Source: Mobula birostris
Taxonomy: Eukaryota
Assembly (NCBI RefSeq): GCF_030028105.1
Contig: NC_092376.1
Location: forward strand, 69,488,935-69,552,934
DNA: 64,000 nucleotides
Direction of reading: 5' to 3'
Below, in pieces: positions 45,769 to 59,900 of this stretch. Under the pieces are notes generated by a model. The model saw nothing but the letters and a program-made list of their open reading frames with translations, ran no database searches and had not been told where the DNA came from. Each line of letters opens with the position of its first letter. Position 1 is the first letter of the stretch. A program made the translations under genes and the position numbers.

Positions 45769-48700
45769 AAGTGTAACCAAAGGGGCAAATTGGTTCTGCA
45801 TTTATATATGGAAGCATTAAGTGTAAAAGAAATAATAAATTGTTAAATGACATTGGATAAGCCACAATTTCAGCATTGAGTTCTGAGTGCCCTCAGATGG
45901 AAGGATAATTGAAGCATAAAAATATTACAATCTGAATTCATTGGAATAACATCAGGAATGAAATCTATATATTTTTATTAAAATTCAATATTGATTCTTG
46001 ACTAAACTGGAAATGATAAAAAAAAGTCAATTTCAGGTTAAAGGAATGTTTCATGAATGTAAATCCTAACAGATTGGTTCCAATAATGATAACAGTGTAT
46101 CAACAGATCAGAGTTATCAACCGAAGAATGAACAGGGAGGTGGAAAAGCACTTATCACATACATTGGAAACTTTCTGTATTAGTGAACCCAAGACCAGAA
46201 CTTATTTTAAGGAGTAATAAAAGAAACAAGAAAATACCATGGATTCATGGGGTGCATTATAGCGCATGATTTTCATTCTCTACCTACTTTACATGTCTAC
46301 TGACTAAAACAAACTCTTTCTTGTAGCTCGAAGAGGAGTCACACATTTAGAAATCACTACCTGAGTTTCCTTTTATTACTTTTTCATCCCTGCACAAACC
46401 CACAGTCAGTTTTATCAGTCCCACCCGAGAGTCGTGACAGCTTCAACAGTTGCATCCTGTTTATCTGTACTTCACAGAAATTATCTAATGCACCACGCGA
46501 CCTTCATAAGCGATAAAAATTACACCTCTTATCGTTAGAGCTTTTGGTTTACCTCTGTAGTCAAATTTCTTGTCTCTGCTACAACTTTCCAGCTCTGGAA
46601 AGCCTTCTCTTAGAACTTTCAATATTTTGGCCTGGAAATTGCTCCAAGGTATTTTCTTAGCATTATAATACAACAGATGCAGTCTTTGCTTTCCATTCTT
46701 TAAGGACAAACAACAATACAGCAACGCTCCTCCACACATGGGAGAATGAATAAATGGTAGGATGGTGGAAAACAATTGGGTGAATGAGAGCTGCCAGCAT
46801 GTCAGAAGAATGGATGGACAATGTAATTTAGAACAAACAACATAAAACATTGCAGCACAGTTCATGCCCTTTGGCTCACAATATTGTGCTGATATTTTAC
46901 CCTACCCCAAGATCAATATAACCCTCCCTCCAACGTTTTTCTATCATCCATGTCCCAATTTAAGAGTTTCTTAAAGCTCCTGATGTACCTTCCTCTACCA
47001 TCACTCCTCCCCCCCACCCCAACAGGGTGTTCCATGTACCCACTACTCTCTATAAAAACTTACTCCTGACATCTCCCCTATACTTTCTTCCAATCACCTA
47101 GTAGAAAAGTGAACCTGTGCTGCCAAGGAGTTAGAGGGACTTGGCTGGATTATATACTTTATACAGGGGTGAACAGAGAAAAGAGTGAGAGTGATAGTAT
47201 CCACGGAGACTCTCCAAGGCTACAACCAGGCATTCCTAGCATGAGGTAGCAAAGAATATGTTTGTAAGAATATAAGTGTTAACTCTGAATGCTTGGAGCT
47301 TAGGGGACTCCCACAATGCAAACAAGAACCTGTGCCCTGCTCTACCTGTGGGCTGAAGTAGAAGTAGATGACGTCCAGGTGATCTTGAACAGCAAGCTAT
47401 GAGACGTGGCAGAGCTCAGCCGCAGCACCTGAAGATGAGGAAGCTGAGAGTAACTGACACGTCTGACTTCAATTGGCAGGTCAAGGGAAACATTTGAGTA
47501 CATGCGCTTTTGAAGATGTAGGAGGTCAGAGACCTCTGCAAGAGCACAGAATGAAATTTGAGTGATGGCCATTTAAATAGCACAGGGGAAAATGGTCAGC
47601 AGAACGTGGTTATTCTGAAAACAAATAGGAATTGTTGATCATCAGAGCAGTGAGATTGAAACTCTCAGTGTGGATAAATTTAGCATATTACTCCACTGGT
47701 GACATCATTTGGGGGAGTTTTACACTGAATAAATGAGCTAAGGAGAACCAAAATCCTGTCAAAAAATAAAGGGACGAATTTCCCATTAGGTGCTAAAGCA
47801 CCACTATGGGTGTGTAAAAAGTTCACTTACTTCTAGTTCACCCTCTTTCTGTGGCGTAGTTCCTTTCTACTTAAGGATCTGTACATAAATTTTTAGCCTT
47901 CTAACTCTCCACTGTCACAATTGGAATAGGGTTTAATGTCAATAGTTCCAGCTGAGTAGTTAGTAGTGGCAATCGACTAATTGACTTCCTTAATGGTGAA
48001 ATTTCTATGAATAGTCAATGAACCGTATGTGCAGTGATGACACGTCCGCAGGATAGCAATGGGAAAAACAAGTGTAGCTTCAAGGCTGGCACAATCAGCT
48101 GAAAGAGCAATTTTCGACTCTGATAAATTAGACATGTTGCAGTTTGTGTCTTAAACTGCAGGACAATAGGATGAATGCTGGAAGGTGGGTTTAAACTATG
48201 TAGGTCTTTTGCAACAAATACAGATACGATGGGCTGAATTATCTCCCACTTTTCCAAGGTTTTCCAGAGTTCTAGGTTTCATAACCCAGAAACAAAGTCA
48301 AACACAGCCACTAAATAGAAGATACGTTTCTGGTCTTAGCTTTAGTACCTTTGAATATCATGATTAACAGCATTGTGCTGAAGATATGGCAGAAATTCCT
48401 TATGTTGATATAAGAGTTATCCATATGCATACTAGCATAATGAGGTAAAAGTGCTAATAGAAATTGACAAATGATGTTAGCTCTTGTACACTGTTAAGAC
48501 CTGTGAAGGGCAATTGAATTCACCACCCTCTTTTTCTCATGATCAATTTTCTCAGTCCTAGAATTTGTCAACAAAATTCTCAAGCAGCCTTTATCTGAAT
48601 TGTGCCAACCTTGAAGCTACACCTGTTTTTCCAGTTCTATCTAGCAGTCTTGTCATTGCTACACATATGGTTCATTGAATATTCATTTAAATAAAACAGA

Positions 48701-49618
48701 GAAAGACGTGGAGATTTTGGCTTCTGGTTGGCATAGTTGATTGTCAGAGACATCCTTTTTGTGGCCAAAATGGTTACTGTTGTAATGAGGTTTAGCTTAG
48801 CATTGCTGGGAATGTAGGAGAGAGAATGTGGGATGAGGGGTGGTGAGGGTGGGAATGGACATAGAGAATGAGACTGTTACAGCCAGAGGTTTAACAATTG
48901 TCACAGGATATATGGAGACTAATTGAAGTCATTTTTTCCTTTCTCTCTTGATGTTTGTGTTTTAATGCAATTGAGTTGGAAGATCATCCAACCCTAGCCT
49001 ATGTAGCTTCAGGCTGAATTTTCCAGCAGTTTCGGGATGATTAGTAACAAGGTTGTGACGCTAGTGGCATAGGCACCTGCTACCTCATGGTAATTACCCT
49101 TTCCTGTCATTGCATACTTCACCAAGGAGACAGAGAGGAAGACTTGAGGATACCTGGGCAAAGTATTAAGATAGCAGGCCTATGCTTTCTGAAACCATAA
49201 TATCTTGTTGACCAAATATATTTTAACTATGCCTTCCATTAACTTGGCATCTGTTAAATGTTGCATTTTGCTCCCATGATATCCTAGTGGCTAAATGAAC
49301 TCACAGATGTTGCACCAGATGGCCCTATCTTCCCAATCCTGTTTGCTAACCAACGACTTGCCTGAAAGATGTTCATGTATTGAGGAAATGATTGAACCCG
49401 CTGTAACACCATTCATTGCTGAGTAGGGAGCAAATTTCTAAACCAACAAGAATGGGAACTCTGACAAAGTAAATTGTAAGAGCTAAGCGTTGTAAGCTGT
49501 GTATTGCAGTCTCCAGTTCAGCTGTTCATTTTCTCACATGAATGCTGATGAACTACACTTACAATATTTGCTTTTATCTGTTCTTTCAGGCTTGTTTTTC
49601 TCTCCTTTCCTTAAACAG

Positions 49619-49671
49619 GCGGTGACATATGCCCAACTAAATGGTCTGGTGATCAAGGAGTTTGGCTGTAA
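49619..49671 (+). CDS. Candidate terminal coding exon; (G)GDICPTKWSGDQGVWL*
   Basis: Very strong acceptor cttgtttttctctcctttccttaaacag. Phase 1 matches the 219 donor. TAA at 49669-49671, followed by ~390 nt without recognisable repeats and then AATAAA. Confidence 0.5.
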
Positions 49672-50058
49672 TGTTCAGGAATTACAAGAGTGTCATATTG
49701 AGTTTTAGAAATGATTCATTGTATTCCCTCTCATTTAAGCCATGCTGGGTGGGCCCTGATACTGAAGTTGGCTCCAAATGCATCAAAAGCAGTAATAGTG
49801 GGCCTCTTTTATATAAAGGATTGTGGAATCAATCTTCCAAAGCCTAAATACAGGCTATGTTACTTATTTGCCAACTTAGTAAATAGTTAAAATATGATAG
49901 AGCATTTGGGTCATGCAAATCTGATTAATATATTTGCAGAAGCATAAAGCCATCTGTTGTCACCATATGACATCAATATGCAACTTGAAGAAATCTATCA
50001 CCTACTTGTATATGTAATGAAAGTCCTTCCTTTGTGATTCTGTAAGTATCAGAGATTG

Positions 50059-50064
50059 AATAAA
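50059..50064 (+). terminator. Candidate polyadenylation signal of the host gene
   Basis: AATAAA ~390 nt after the proposed stop codon. Depends on the exon model being right. Confidence 0.35.
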
Positions 50065-51656
50065 ATTAAATTAAACCAAAAAAAAGGCCTTGTCTCAATT
50101 TCTAGAGGTCACTTGAAAGAAGCAGGAAGTTAAAACTTAGCAAGTGCAATCCATTAAGGAGGTGAGGTTAATTTTCTGTTATTTGTTTGCATATAAGGCA
50201 ATAGTTTGTAAAGTGGACAACATTATCAGGGAGCACTAGGAGAATGGTTGGTCTAAAATTCAAAAGCCTTTGAGAGCCCTAGGATTGTTTACACAGGGTT
50301 AATGATCTGGTTTATAAGTGCCTTCAGGTAACATAACATTGGTGCTGTCTGAGGATAGAGGGTTATGGAGAGGTTGTCATGGATACTGTTAAAAGTAAGG
50401 TCTGGGCACTACAGTTTTGCTCATTAGTCTGCAGGTCTATCACATTAGTCCTGTTTGATACAAATCACTAACGGAGACGAATTTTATACTTAGGCTCCAT
50501 TCTGTTCCATTCTAAAATGACAATGGCACCCTTGTCAAAATCACACAACAGTAAATGTGGAAATCTGAAATAAAAGCAGAAAATGCTAGAAACACTCGGG
50601 TTGAAGACCATACATTAGTGCTGGGAAAGTGAACTAACTGGTATGTTTGGGATCATAATCATGTAAATCATGAAAATGTATCAGACTCATAATAACGATA
50701 CACCTAATAAAATGGAGGTGGCTTCATTCCAGCATTTCCTCTAATCCACATTTTGATGTATTACTGTTCTAAAAATGCCAAGCATTAGGGCATTTAAAAT
50801 TGAACTCCCAGATGGCTCAGTGCAACAAGTTACATTCTAAACTAATTGTTTTGCAGTATGATCTTGAAATTCTCTGGTTTAATTGGGTTTTTGGAGCCTG
50901 TCTTTGCATGTTGCATGCTCTCAACTTCCATCAAAATTGGGAAAGAAGGAGAAGTCTTAACTTGTTAAGTATTTTATAATCATAGAAATTACAAAAGTAA
51001 TTATGATCATAAGATTCATCTTGCATGCTATGTAAAATGGGAGTTTGATTTCATGGCTGTACCGCTATTCCTGGCATATAGGCAGAGTCTGAGGACCACA
51101 GGACCCATGGTTCAGGTTCCTCATCCAATGTCCCCATTCATCATCATTGGAAGATCCTGGGCTTGATACCAAAGAACAAATCCCCAAGGTTGGTTGGAAG
51201 TCTGGAAGTTGAGACAAGTCTATTGGTGAACGTCTGTGAGTCTGAGGCCACTGCAGGTTGGAGGCCGAGAGACGGCTTGTCCTGGGGTTAGAGGACTGTG
51301 TGTCTCTGTGTGTGCATGGTTAGGTGGCTGGGAAACAAAGAGATTGTTTTGCTGCTGATGCATTGTTGTTGTCATTGTTTGTGTGTTCTCTGAAGTTGGT
51401 GGGCATGCTATGTCGGTGCTGGAATGTTTGGCGACACTTGCATCTGGCCCCAGCACATCCCTGGGATATGTTTGGTTGTTAAAGCAAACAACACATTTCA
51501 CTGTATGTTTCAATTTACATGTGATAAATAAATGAATCCAAATCTGACATAATAGATATGGGATTTGCAGGCAATAGAACAATCACTGGAAAGCGGGACA
51601 GTGGGACTAGGCTGAGCAGTTTTATCAACTGGCACAGTGCACTATGAACCAAATGG

Positions 51657-51842
51657 TAAATACAAGAGGTTCTGTAGGTGCTGGAAATCTTGAGCAACAC
51701 ATGCAAAATGCAAGGGGGTGCCAGATAGTCAGGCAGCATCTATAGAGGAGAATAAACAGTCAATATTTTGGTTTGTGACCCTTCATCATGAAGGGGGCAG
51801 AAGCCAGATTAAGAAGGTAAGGGGAGGGGAAGGAGTACAAGT
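51657..51842 (-). mobile_element. Penelope-like pLTR fragment
   Basis: tctgtaggtgctggaaatc...tcaggcagcatctatagagg...acccttcatc, same family as 37485-37650. Confidence 0.7.
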
Positions 51843-52783
51843 TGATCCACGTGCTCAATGGGATGTTCTTAGGAACACAGTCTGAAACAAAACTCCAAAT
51901 GCATCTGGAAGGTTATCAGCTCAGTGAAAGGTCCTGACATCTTCTGGAACTCTAATTTGCGGACCTATCAGTGACAATATATTGTCTAATGGCAGAATCT
52001 ATGGTCAACCTGCTGGGTACCAAAGCTTGATGCAGTAGTCACAAAGGCTCTATGGAGAAAGGTCACAGTGGGAGTGCTTCGCACTAAAGCACCCTGAGGG
52101 AATGGAGCTCATGTTTAAAAAATACTTTGGACAGTTGTCTCAAACATATATGTAAAGGTAACTTGCTGTCTTGCTGCTGTAATGATAAATAAGTGATTTG
52201 GCTTGTACTGAGAATAGAAAAATATCAATATACTGTAGTGTAAGTTTCAATTTTTAAAAATAAAACAATATTTTTGAAATACCAAGTGATTATACATCTC
52301 TTACAGGATGGCTAAAAGCCCTTTCGGCGGCTGAAGACTAAAATTAGAGCATTGATTAAGGTTCTAATAAAGCACACAATCTTCTACTCATTTTGACATC
52401 CAAATGATAGAAATATTATAGATGCCAAAAATCTGAAATGGAAGCAAGAAATACTGGAAATAATCAGCATGTCAGATGGCATCTGTGGAGAAATACCAGG
52501 TTTAACATTTCAGCTTAATGACCTGTCACCTGTTCTAATGAAATTATATTAGCCTAAAGCATCAATCCTGTTTCATCTTCTACAGTCCCTGCTTAGCTCA
52601 CTGAGCACCTGTAACAAAACTTTATTCTTTATCATCTGTCCAGATGAGACAACATTTCATTACCAGGATGTGAACTTTAATATCTCCAGGGATGCTTCTG
52701 TAGCTGATGTCATTTGGCTGATAGTTGGAGAATCCTTTCCAGTTCTCTACCACCCCTACCCATTGGCTTCTCTCTTGTCCTGT

Positions 52784-53740
52784 AAGTCAAGTCAAGTTTA
52801 TTGTCATTTAACCGTATGCATGTATCCTGCCAAATGAGACAATGTTTCTCTGGACCAGGGTGTAAAGGGCAGTAGAACACATAACACACGACAACTTAGG
52901 AAAGTAAAAATTAAGTCTACAAATAAACTACTCATGGATAAACAAAGTAAAGTGTAAACGTTAAATATTGTATAGTACAGTACAAATTATGCAGTGATAC
53001 TTTGAATGTGACAGGGAGTTTAGAAGCCTTCTGGCCTGAGTGAAGAAGCTGTTTGTCATCTTGACTGTTCTTGTCTTTATGCATCGAAGTTTCCTGCCTG
53101 ATGGAAGAATGTCAAGGAGGATGGTGGGTGGATGGGTGGGATCCTTCGTGATACTAAGCCACCTACGTATGCAGCACTCCTGATAAGTGTCCCCGATAGA
53201 TGGAAGAGAGACCCCTATGATCCTCTTGGCTGTTCTCACATTCCTTTGTAGGGACTTCCAGTCCAATGCTCTACTGCTCCCATACCAGATGGAGATGCAG
53301 CTTGTCAAGACGCTCTCAATGGTGCTCCTGTGAGATTCAGTTAAGATGGAAGAGTCTTGCTTGACTGAATCTGCTCAGGAAGTGAAGGAGCTGCTGTGCC
53401 TTCTTATTCAGGGAGGTGATACTGAGGGACCAGGTGAGGCCATCTGTGATGTGAACTTCCAGGAACTTTGTGCACTTAATTCTCTGTACAGAGGAGCCAT
53501 GTGTGCTCGGAGGGGGATGGTTCATCTGCATCTTTCTAAAGTCCACAATCACTTCCTTGGTCTTCTCCATGCTCAGACTTACGTTGTTGTTCTCATACCA
53601 GTCCACCAACCACTCCACTTCCTCTCTGTTCTCCAACGCATCATCATTGCTGATGAGGCCAACCAATGTTTTGTAATCCGGAAAATTGAACATTGCGGTT
53701 TGAGCTGAATCCTCCAACATAGTCATGAATGAGCAGTGTG
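52784..53740 (-). mobile_element. Rex1/Babar-type LINE 3' fragment
   Basis: KTKEVIVDFRK, KFLEVHITDGLTWS, KKAQQLLHFL, TSCISIWYGS. Tail (TTGAC)n. Confidence 0.88.
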
Positions 53741-54644
53741 AAGGAAGCAAAGAAAGGAAAAATAATCTTGAAGTGATGGTACATGTGGACTATATGCAAA
53801 TCAGGGCTGTTAGGGACCTTGCATGAAGATACATAGGTGGTGCAGGATTAGGCCTTATACCTCATTGCACGTGCTCTACCATTCAATAAGACCACATCTG
53901 ATCTAATTTTGAAGTTAGAATGTGAGAAGTGGTTGCTCAGGTGAGTTGTATAGACAAGCAGATGTGTGGACTTGCAGGTTAAGTGGGCATGAAGGGTGAC
54001 ATTTTCCAAGGGGTGTTTATGGTTTGGATTTAAACATCTGTCCAGATGTAGGTGAATGGGTGACTGTGCTCACTTTCCTGAAGAGAAGCATAATCTTTGT
54101 ACATAAATTACCGATTAACGTACAATTTTAGCAAGCAATTAGGAAGACCTGCAGTATAATGGTATCTATTTCAAGAGGATTGGAATCTGGTGACACTGCA
54201 ACTGAAATATTGAATACAAATCTGGTCTCCCTGCATAGTGAAGGACAGACTTGCAATAGAAGTGCATTAATCCCTGGATTTGTTTTATTGGAAGAGATTA
54301 AGCAAACTGGGGCAGATCTCTTGAATTTGGGAGAATGAGAGGTCTCATTAAAATATGCAGCATTTTATGTTATTTGATATGTGGATCATTTATAAGTTTT
54401 AGACTTGCTGAGATACAAAGAGCTAGAAGTACAAACTATCTGAATAGCCTGTTACTCAAAGGAAGGGACAAGCAATTGAGATAACATTACCCAATTTGTG
54501 GTGAATCTTTCAAATTCTAAATCCAAGAAAGCTGTGGAAGCTTTGTAACTGAATATATTAAAAAGAGATTAACTGAAATTTAGCTAAGAAGAAATTCAGT
54601 AAATATAGAGTTGGTGTAGAAAGGAAGCCCTAAACCACAAGTAA

Positions 54645-54960
54645 GACTGTGGACACTGTAAATCCAGAGCAATACACAAAATTCTAGAGGAATTCATTGG
54701 GTCAGGCAGCATCTATAGAGGGAAATAGACAGTCAACATTTTGGATAGAAACACTTCACTAGGGCTGCAAAGAAAGAGGGGAGCCCCTGTCTCACCTGCC
54801 AGCTCTTGCTCCACACCCTCCCCTACCCTTTTATACTGGCTATCTCTTGTCTTTCTTTACTGCCCTTATAAAGGATCTGGACCTGAAATGTCAACTGTAT
54901 ATCGCTTCATTGATATTGCCTAACTGGCTAGGTTCCTCCAGTATTTGTTTGTATTGCTTT
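54645..54960. mobile_element. Inverted pair of Penelope-like pLTR fragments
   Basis: 54645-54780 (gggtcaggcagcatctatag...cagtcaacattttgg) faces 54790-54960 (cctgaaatgtcaactg...ttcctccagtatttg). Confidence 0.7.
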
Positions 54961-55429
54961 CGAATGGCAGGGCAGGCCCGTGTGGTTGAATGGCATCTGT
55001 TTTTAATATTCATTGATCTCCACCATTACTTCGTCCTACAGATGGGAGTGGAGGGTTTCCTGTCTCCTGCTGATACTGGATATACCTCCTTATCTGTATA
55101 CATGCCATGAAGATTTCCAGTATTTTGACATCTGAGGCATTCTCTTCCACTTTTTCATCAAAGCACCGGAATACAAAATCATTTTTCAAAAGAAGTGTCC
55201 TGCTTTTTCTAGCTATCACACAACTTCCCTTTAAAAGCAGCAGGTTACACTTAAGTTCAACCTCCCATCCGTGGTAAACAGCCTCCTGTTGATGTGTCAG
55301 CCAAGGAAAATGGAGGTAGTGTTGTCTGCAAATCACAATAATTTCAAACTGCAGGCAGTGTGCATTTTTGTCTGCATCATTATGATCAACTAAGGTTATG
55401 GCTAGAATTAACTCTTGCCTGAGCAAGGA

Positions 55430-56972
55430 TCTGGGCCCACCGCAATTCATTTACCACCACAACAGGTTCACAGCAGATGCAATCTCATTGGCTCTCCATT
55501 CTACTTTGGAGCACCTAGAAAACAGTAAACCTACATTATCATCATCATTATGTGCGGTGCAGTATGACGATGATGATTGCGGCCTATCCATGATCATAAA
55601 TATTCTTGTCAATTTTTTTCTACAGAAATGATTTGCCATTGCCTTCTGGACATTGTCCTCTTGCCTTCTTTATGAGAGGAGTGACCCCAGCCATGACCAA
55701 TACTCTTCAGAGATTGTCTGCCTGGCATCAGTGGTCACATGACCAGGACTTGTTATATAGACCAGCTGCTCATACGACCATCCACCACCTGCCCCCATGG
55801 CTTCATGTGACCCTGATCGGGGGGAAAAGCAGCTGCTACACCTTGCCCAAGGGTGACCTGCACGTCAGCGGAGGGAAGAAGCACCTTACACCTCCATTGG
55901 TGGAGACGTATCTCCACCCCGCCACCCAAAACATACATCAGACTATTGTTTATTGATTACAGCTTGGTGTTCCAAACCATCATTCTCTCACTACTAATAA
56001 CTATGCTTCAAAACCTGAGCCTCTGTGCCTTCCTCTGCAAATGAATCCTTGAATTCCTTACTGGGAGGCCACAGTCAGTGTGAATTGGTAATAACATCAA
56101 CTCTTCACTGACAACCAATGTAGGTGCACCTCAAAGATGCTCGCTTAGCTCACTGCTCTATTCTCTCTACACTTAACTAAAAATTCACCAATGGCACTAT
56201 TGCTGTTGGGAGTATCTCAGATGACCAAGGAATTAATTGTGAACCTCATTTGGGAGAACACATACCAGTCCTCATTATGGGGTCAGTGGTGGAAAAGGTC
56301 AGCAGCTTAAAGTTCCTGGGTGTCAATATCTTGAAGGATCTATCCTGGGCCCAACACATTGATGTAATCACGAAGAAGGCATGCCAGTGTCTCTACTTTG
56401 TTAGGAATTTGAGGAGATTTCAGCAAAGACTCTTGCAAATTTCTATAGATGTACAGCAGAGAGCATTCTGACCAATTGCATTATAGCCTGGTATGGAGGG
56501 TCCAGGGGCATACGATTGCAAGAGGTTGCAAAGGTTTATAGACTCTGCCAGCTCCATCACAGACACAACCCTCCTTGCTATCAAGGACATTTTCAAGAGG
56601 CAGTACCTCAAGAAGATGGTATCCATCGTTAAGCATCCTTATCACCTGGGATATGCATTCTTTTCTAGAAGGTGACATCCATCATTTCAGGATTCTCATC
56701 ACCTGAGATATGCGTTCTTCTCATTACTACCATCGAGGAGGAGGTACAGGACCCTAAAGATCCATGGTCAATAATTTAGGAACAACTTCTTCCCCTCCAC
56801 CATCAGATTTCTGAATGATCTATGAATACAACTTCATTATTCCTTTACAATACTTATTTATTTATGTGATTTACAGATTTCTGCAGCATACCATTGCACT
56901 GTACCACTGCATAAAATATCAAATCTCACATCATACAGAGTATGTCAATGATAATAAATCTAATTCTGATTC
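55430..56972 (+). mobile_element. Rex1/Babar-type LINE fragment split by an RTE-type SINE
   Basis: NRFTADAISLALHSTLEHLENSK|TYIRLLFIDYS, KFLGVNILKDLSWAQH, AATAAA and (ATTCTG)-like tail. Small internal tandem duplication at ~56610-56720. Confidence 0.85.
55535..55927 (-). mobile_element. RTE-type SINE/non-autonomous element with (ATG)n tail
   Basis: Flanked by AAACCTACAT / AAACATACAT duplication. Same family as 34070-35100. Confidence 0.78.
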
Positions 56973-59900
56973 ACCCTGCATTAGACACCCTCACCTAATT
57001 TCAGGCAATTTTAACACCCATATCACGGTACTTTGTTAACCTACATTTGTGACAAAATAAAATATGTGATTTTCAGCTCTGAGCTCTGATTTGGATAATG
57101 GATTTTAATGTACAGACCCCTTTCATTTCACGTTTTCTTGCCCTATGAACTAATTAATACTGTGTTCAGTATATTCTCCAACATCCATTTTCTTTCTTGA
57201 GCTTGCTACAGTAAGATTTCCTATTAATATCTTACTTGAAACTTCATAGGGCAACAAGTTAATGATGCCTCAGTATGTTCTCTCACACACTTACAAGGGT
57301 AATGAAGGATAGCTGGTAATTTAAACTAAAAAAGAAAGACTGGGTATTTATAAATATACTTGCATTGTCTAGCTTATACTTCTCAGAGAGAAAGACAGGT
57401 TTTCTGGTAAGTTCTGTGTTAAAACAACATATCCACAATACACAGTTGAGGGGGTCACAAGCTATCATTTTGAAGTGCTACGGAGGGACAGTGAGTATGC
57501 TGTAAATGGACGTTTGCAGGAAGACCATGTTTGAATCAGTTGTGACATGAGCAAGCTTCACAAATGTGCCTTAAGTTTGCATCCCACATAGTCTACAGCT
57601 TTATAAGCAAACAATTCAGGGGCAGCTTTATTTCTTCGGTTTTACCTATAATTTATTACCGATTCCTCAGTTTGGGACTAAGTGCCCTTTATGTCTATTC
57701 GCTCCAGTTTTCTTTCTACTTTGATTCACACAATAGTGTAGTATGTTGTCATATTCCAAAATATTTTAACATACACCAATTACTTTTAAGGATAAAGCTA
57801 CTTTCATACTATAGAAAGTGGTTTCAAGTCACATTGTAAAGATATAAGATTTTTGACTAGTATGGGTTCAATTTCAAATAGCTTGTCAATAAATACGGAT
57901 GAGAAAGTACACCCATTGAGAGGAATTAATATACAGTATGTATGATCCATGTGTAAAAAGCAACAACATTTTGAAATAATTATTTCACAGAAATCGTTAA
58001 TGTGGATAAATGTTGGACCAGAATGTCATGCTGTGAAACTGTAGGGTGTACATGTGCAGCACTGGATTTTAAATGACCCATTTATGTCTTAAAACAATAT
58101 ATGTAGTATATCATGAGCATTTCCTTCTAAATAAGAGGCAACAATGCTATTTTTTAAGTTTTTGTTTTGCATCTATGTTGTATTAATTTTTTATAGCTCT
58201 GTAGAGTAACCTGATAAAACCATAGCAACCATCCATGATGATGTGTGGGTATGCATCTCCAACGGACTTCCTGCTGATTATCACTCTTTCTGTGGATAAT
58301 CTCCTTGCCTCACTCAACATTGCATACTGATAACATGTATGAGATTGCAAATTCAATGAATGACGAATCAATACAGTGAACCCATAACCTGGCACATTTG
58401 CACGCAGCACCAACTGCTGATCTCGGATTGTCCTAGCTTTCAAAATAAAATCAATACGGAGATGAATGGCAATATAACGTGTACATTGTAGATAGATAGC
58501 TGAGAAATTTGAGAAGTCGTGTAGTTTGGGAAAAAGGTGAAAAGAAAATTCTGGAAGCTGTTATGTTCAGCATGTTTTTCCTCACTATCCTCCACCTCCG
58601 CCTTTCCTGTTAATGATGTGATGTGCAATGTTTGAAATTCATTGCCACCAAAGGTTAAGGCCGCAGCTTTTTTTTCTTAGAGAAACGACAAATTCACCTT
58701 GTGATTGGTAAAGGTCTTATAAATTGAGTTACTATTTTCAGTGTAATCCTCTATAGACATAAACACAGAGTGTAAGAATTCTGAAATCTCACCTTTGAGA
58801 AACCAGGTTAAACACACAATAGAGTGTCATGTCAACTACTGCTGCAGAGAGTTTAAACTGAAATTTATGATTTAACTATTTGAAGGACAAATTTCCTTAT
58901 TATTTTTCTTTTGATTGAGTTATGCCTGTAATAAACATTCAATGTTTTATTCATAAAAGATCAATGTCTTTTATATATCACATTACATAGTCATTATTAA
59001 TGAAGTAACTCCGCTACATGTATCCTTATTACAGTTAACGTTTAGTTCACATTTGCTGAATGAATCATTAGGTTTTTATTGTGTAAAATTTGAAATTCAT
59101 GAAACCTGCCTATCAACATTCAGATTAAAACTCTGGTTTAAGGTTTTAATCCAAGTGAAGGGCACATGAATACTTCTTCTCCTTCTCAAAGAGCCAAGTA
59201 TTTTTCTCTAACGTGTTCAATATTTATCCTGAAATTTTTTTTGTTTTTCTATTGAACTTTGAATATTTTGGAATGACAAGCAGAAAGAAATTCCGTTAGT
59301 AAAAAGAGATTGCAACTGAAATCTTGTCCAAAAAGCACATTAAAAATTCCATCTGGAAGTAACAACAACTGTCAGAAACAACTCTCAAATTTAATTGCTG
59401 CCAATATATCAATGGTGTAAAGTTACAATCATTCCTACCTATGTCTGAGGAAATTTCTCTTATTATAGTCAACTTAGAGATTTAGATTGCTCTGAAACTG
59501 CTTTTTGCACTGGCATAACTTCCACAACAGTGGCATTATTTTATGGTCTAAACCAAGCATTCAGCCTGACTCAAGTATTTCTTTAATCATTTCCAAAAGG
59601 AGACTGAGTGTTTGTTAAGCTTCCAGATTGCTGAGACGCCTCATTAGACATTCAGGATAATGTACAGAATGATATTTTGACTGCAATCAATACAGGTTTT
59701 CATTTGGGTTGTGTGCAGAAAGCTGAGGGTTATGGATCAAATGCTCTCTCTATCTTGATCTAATTTGCATTTCTAAGGAAATCAGTGCAAGATAAATTCA
59801 GAATGCACATAATATGTGTTTGAAACTGTTTCATCAGTGCTCTGTTGTACAAAATTGAAATTTAAATCCAATGTAAAAATTCTAAATGTATTATGTTAAT

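Noticed and set aside
55010-55450. 146-aa minus-strand ORF
   Set aside because: Starts in a Rex1 fragment, has no recognisable domain, and has only weak splice signals.
58389-58432. Possible 44-nt minus-strand exon
   Set aside because: All three frames are open, the donor (gttatg) is weak, and no convincing partner exon was found.
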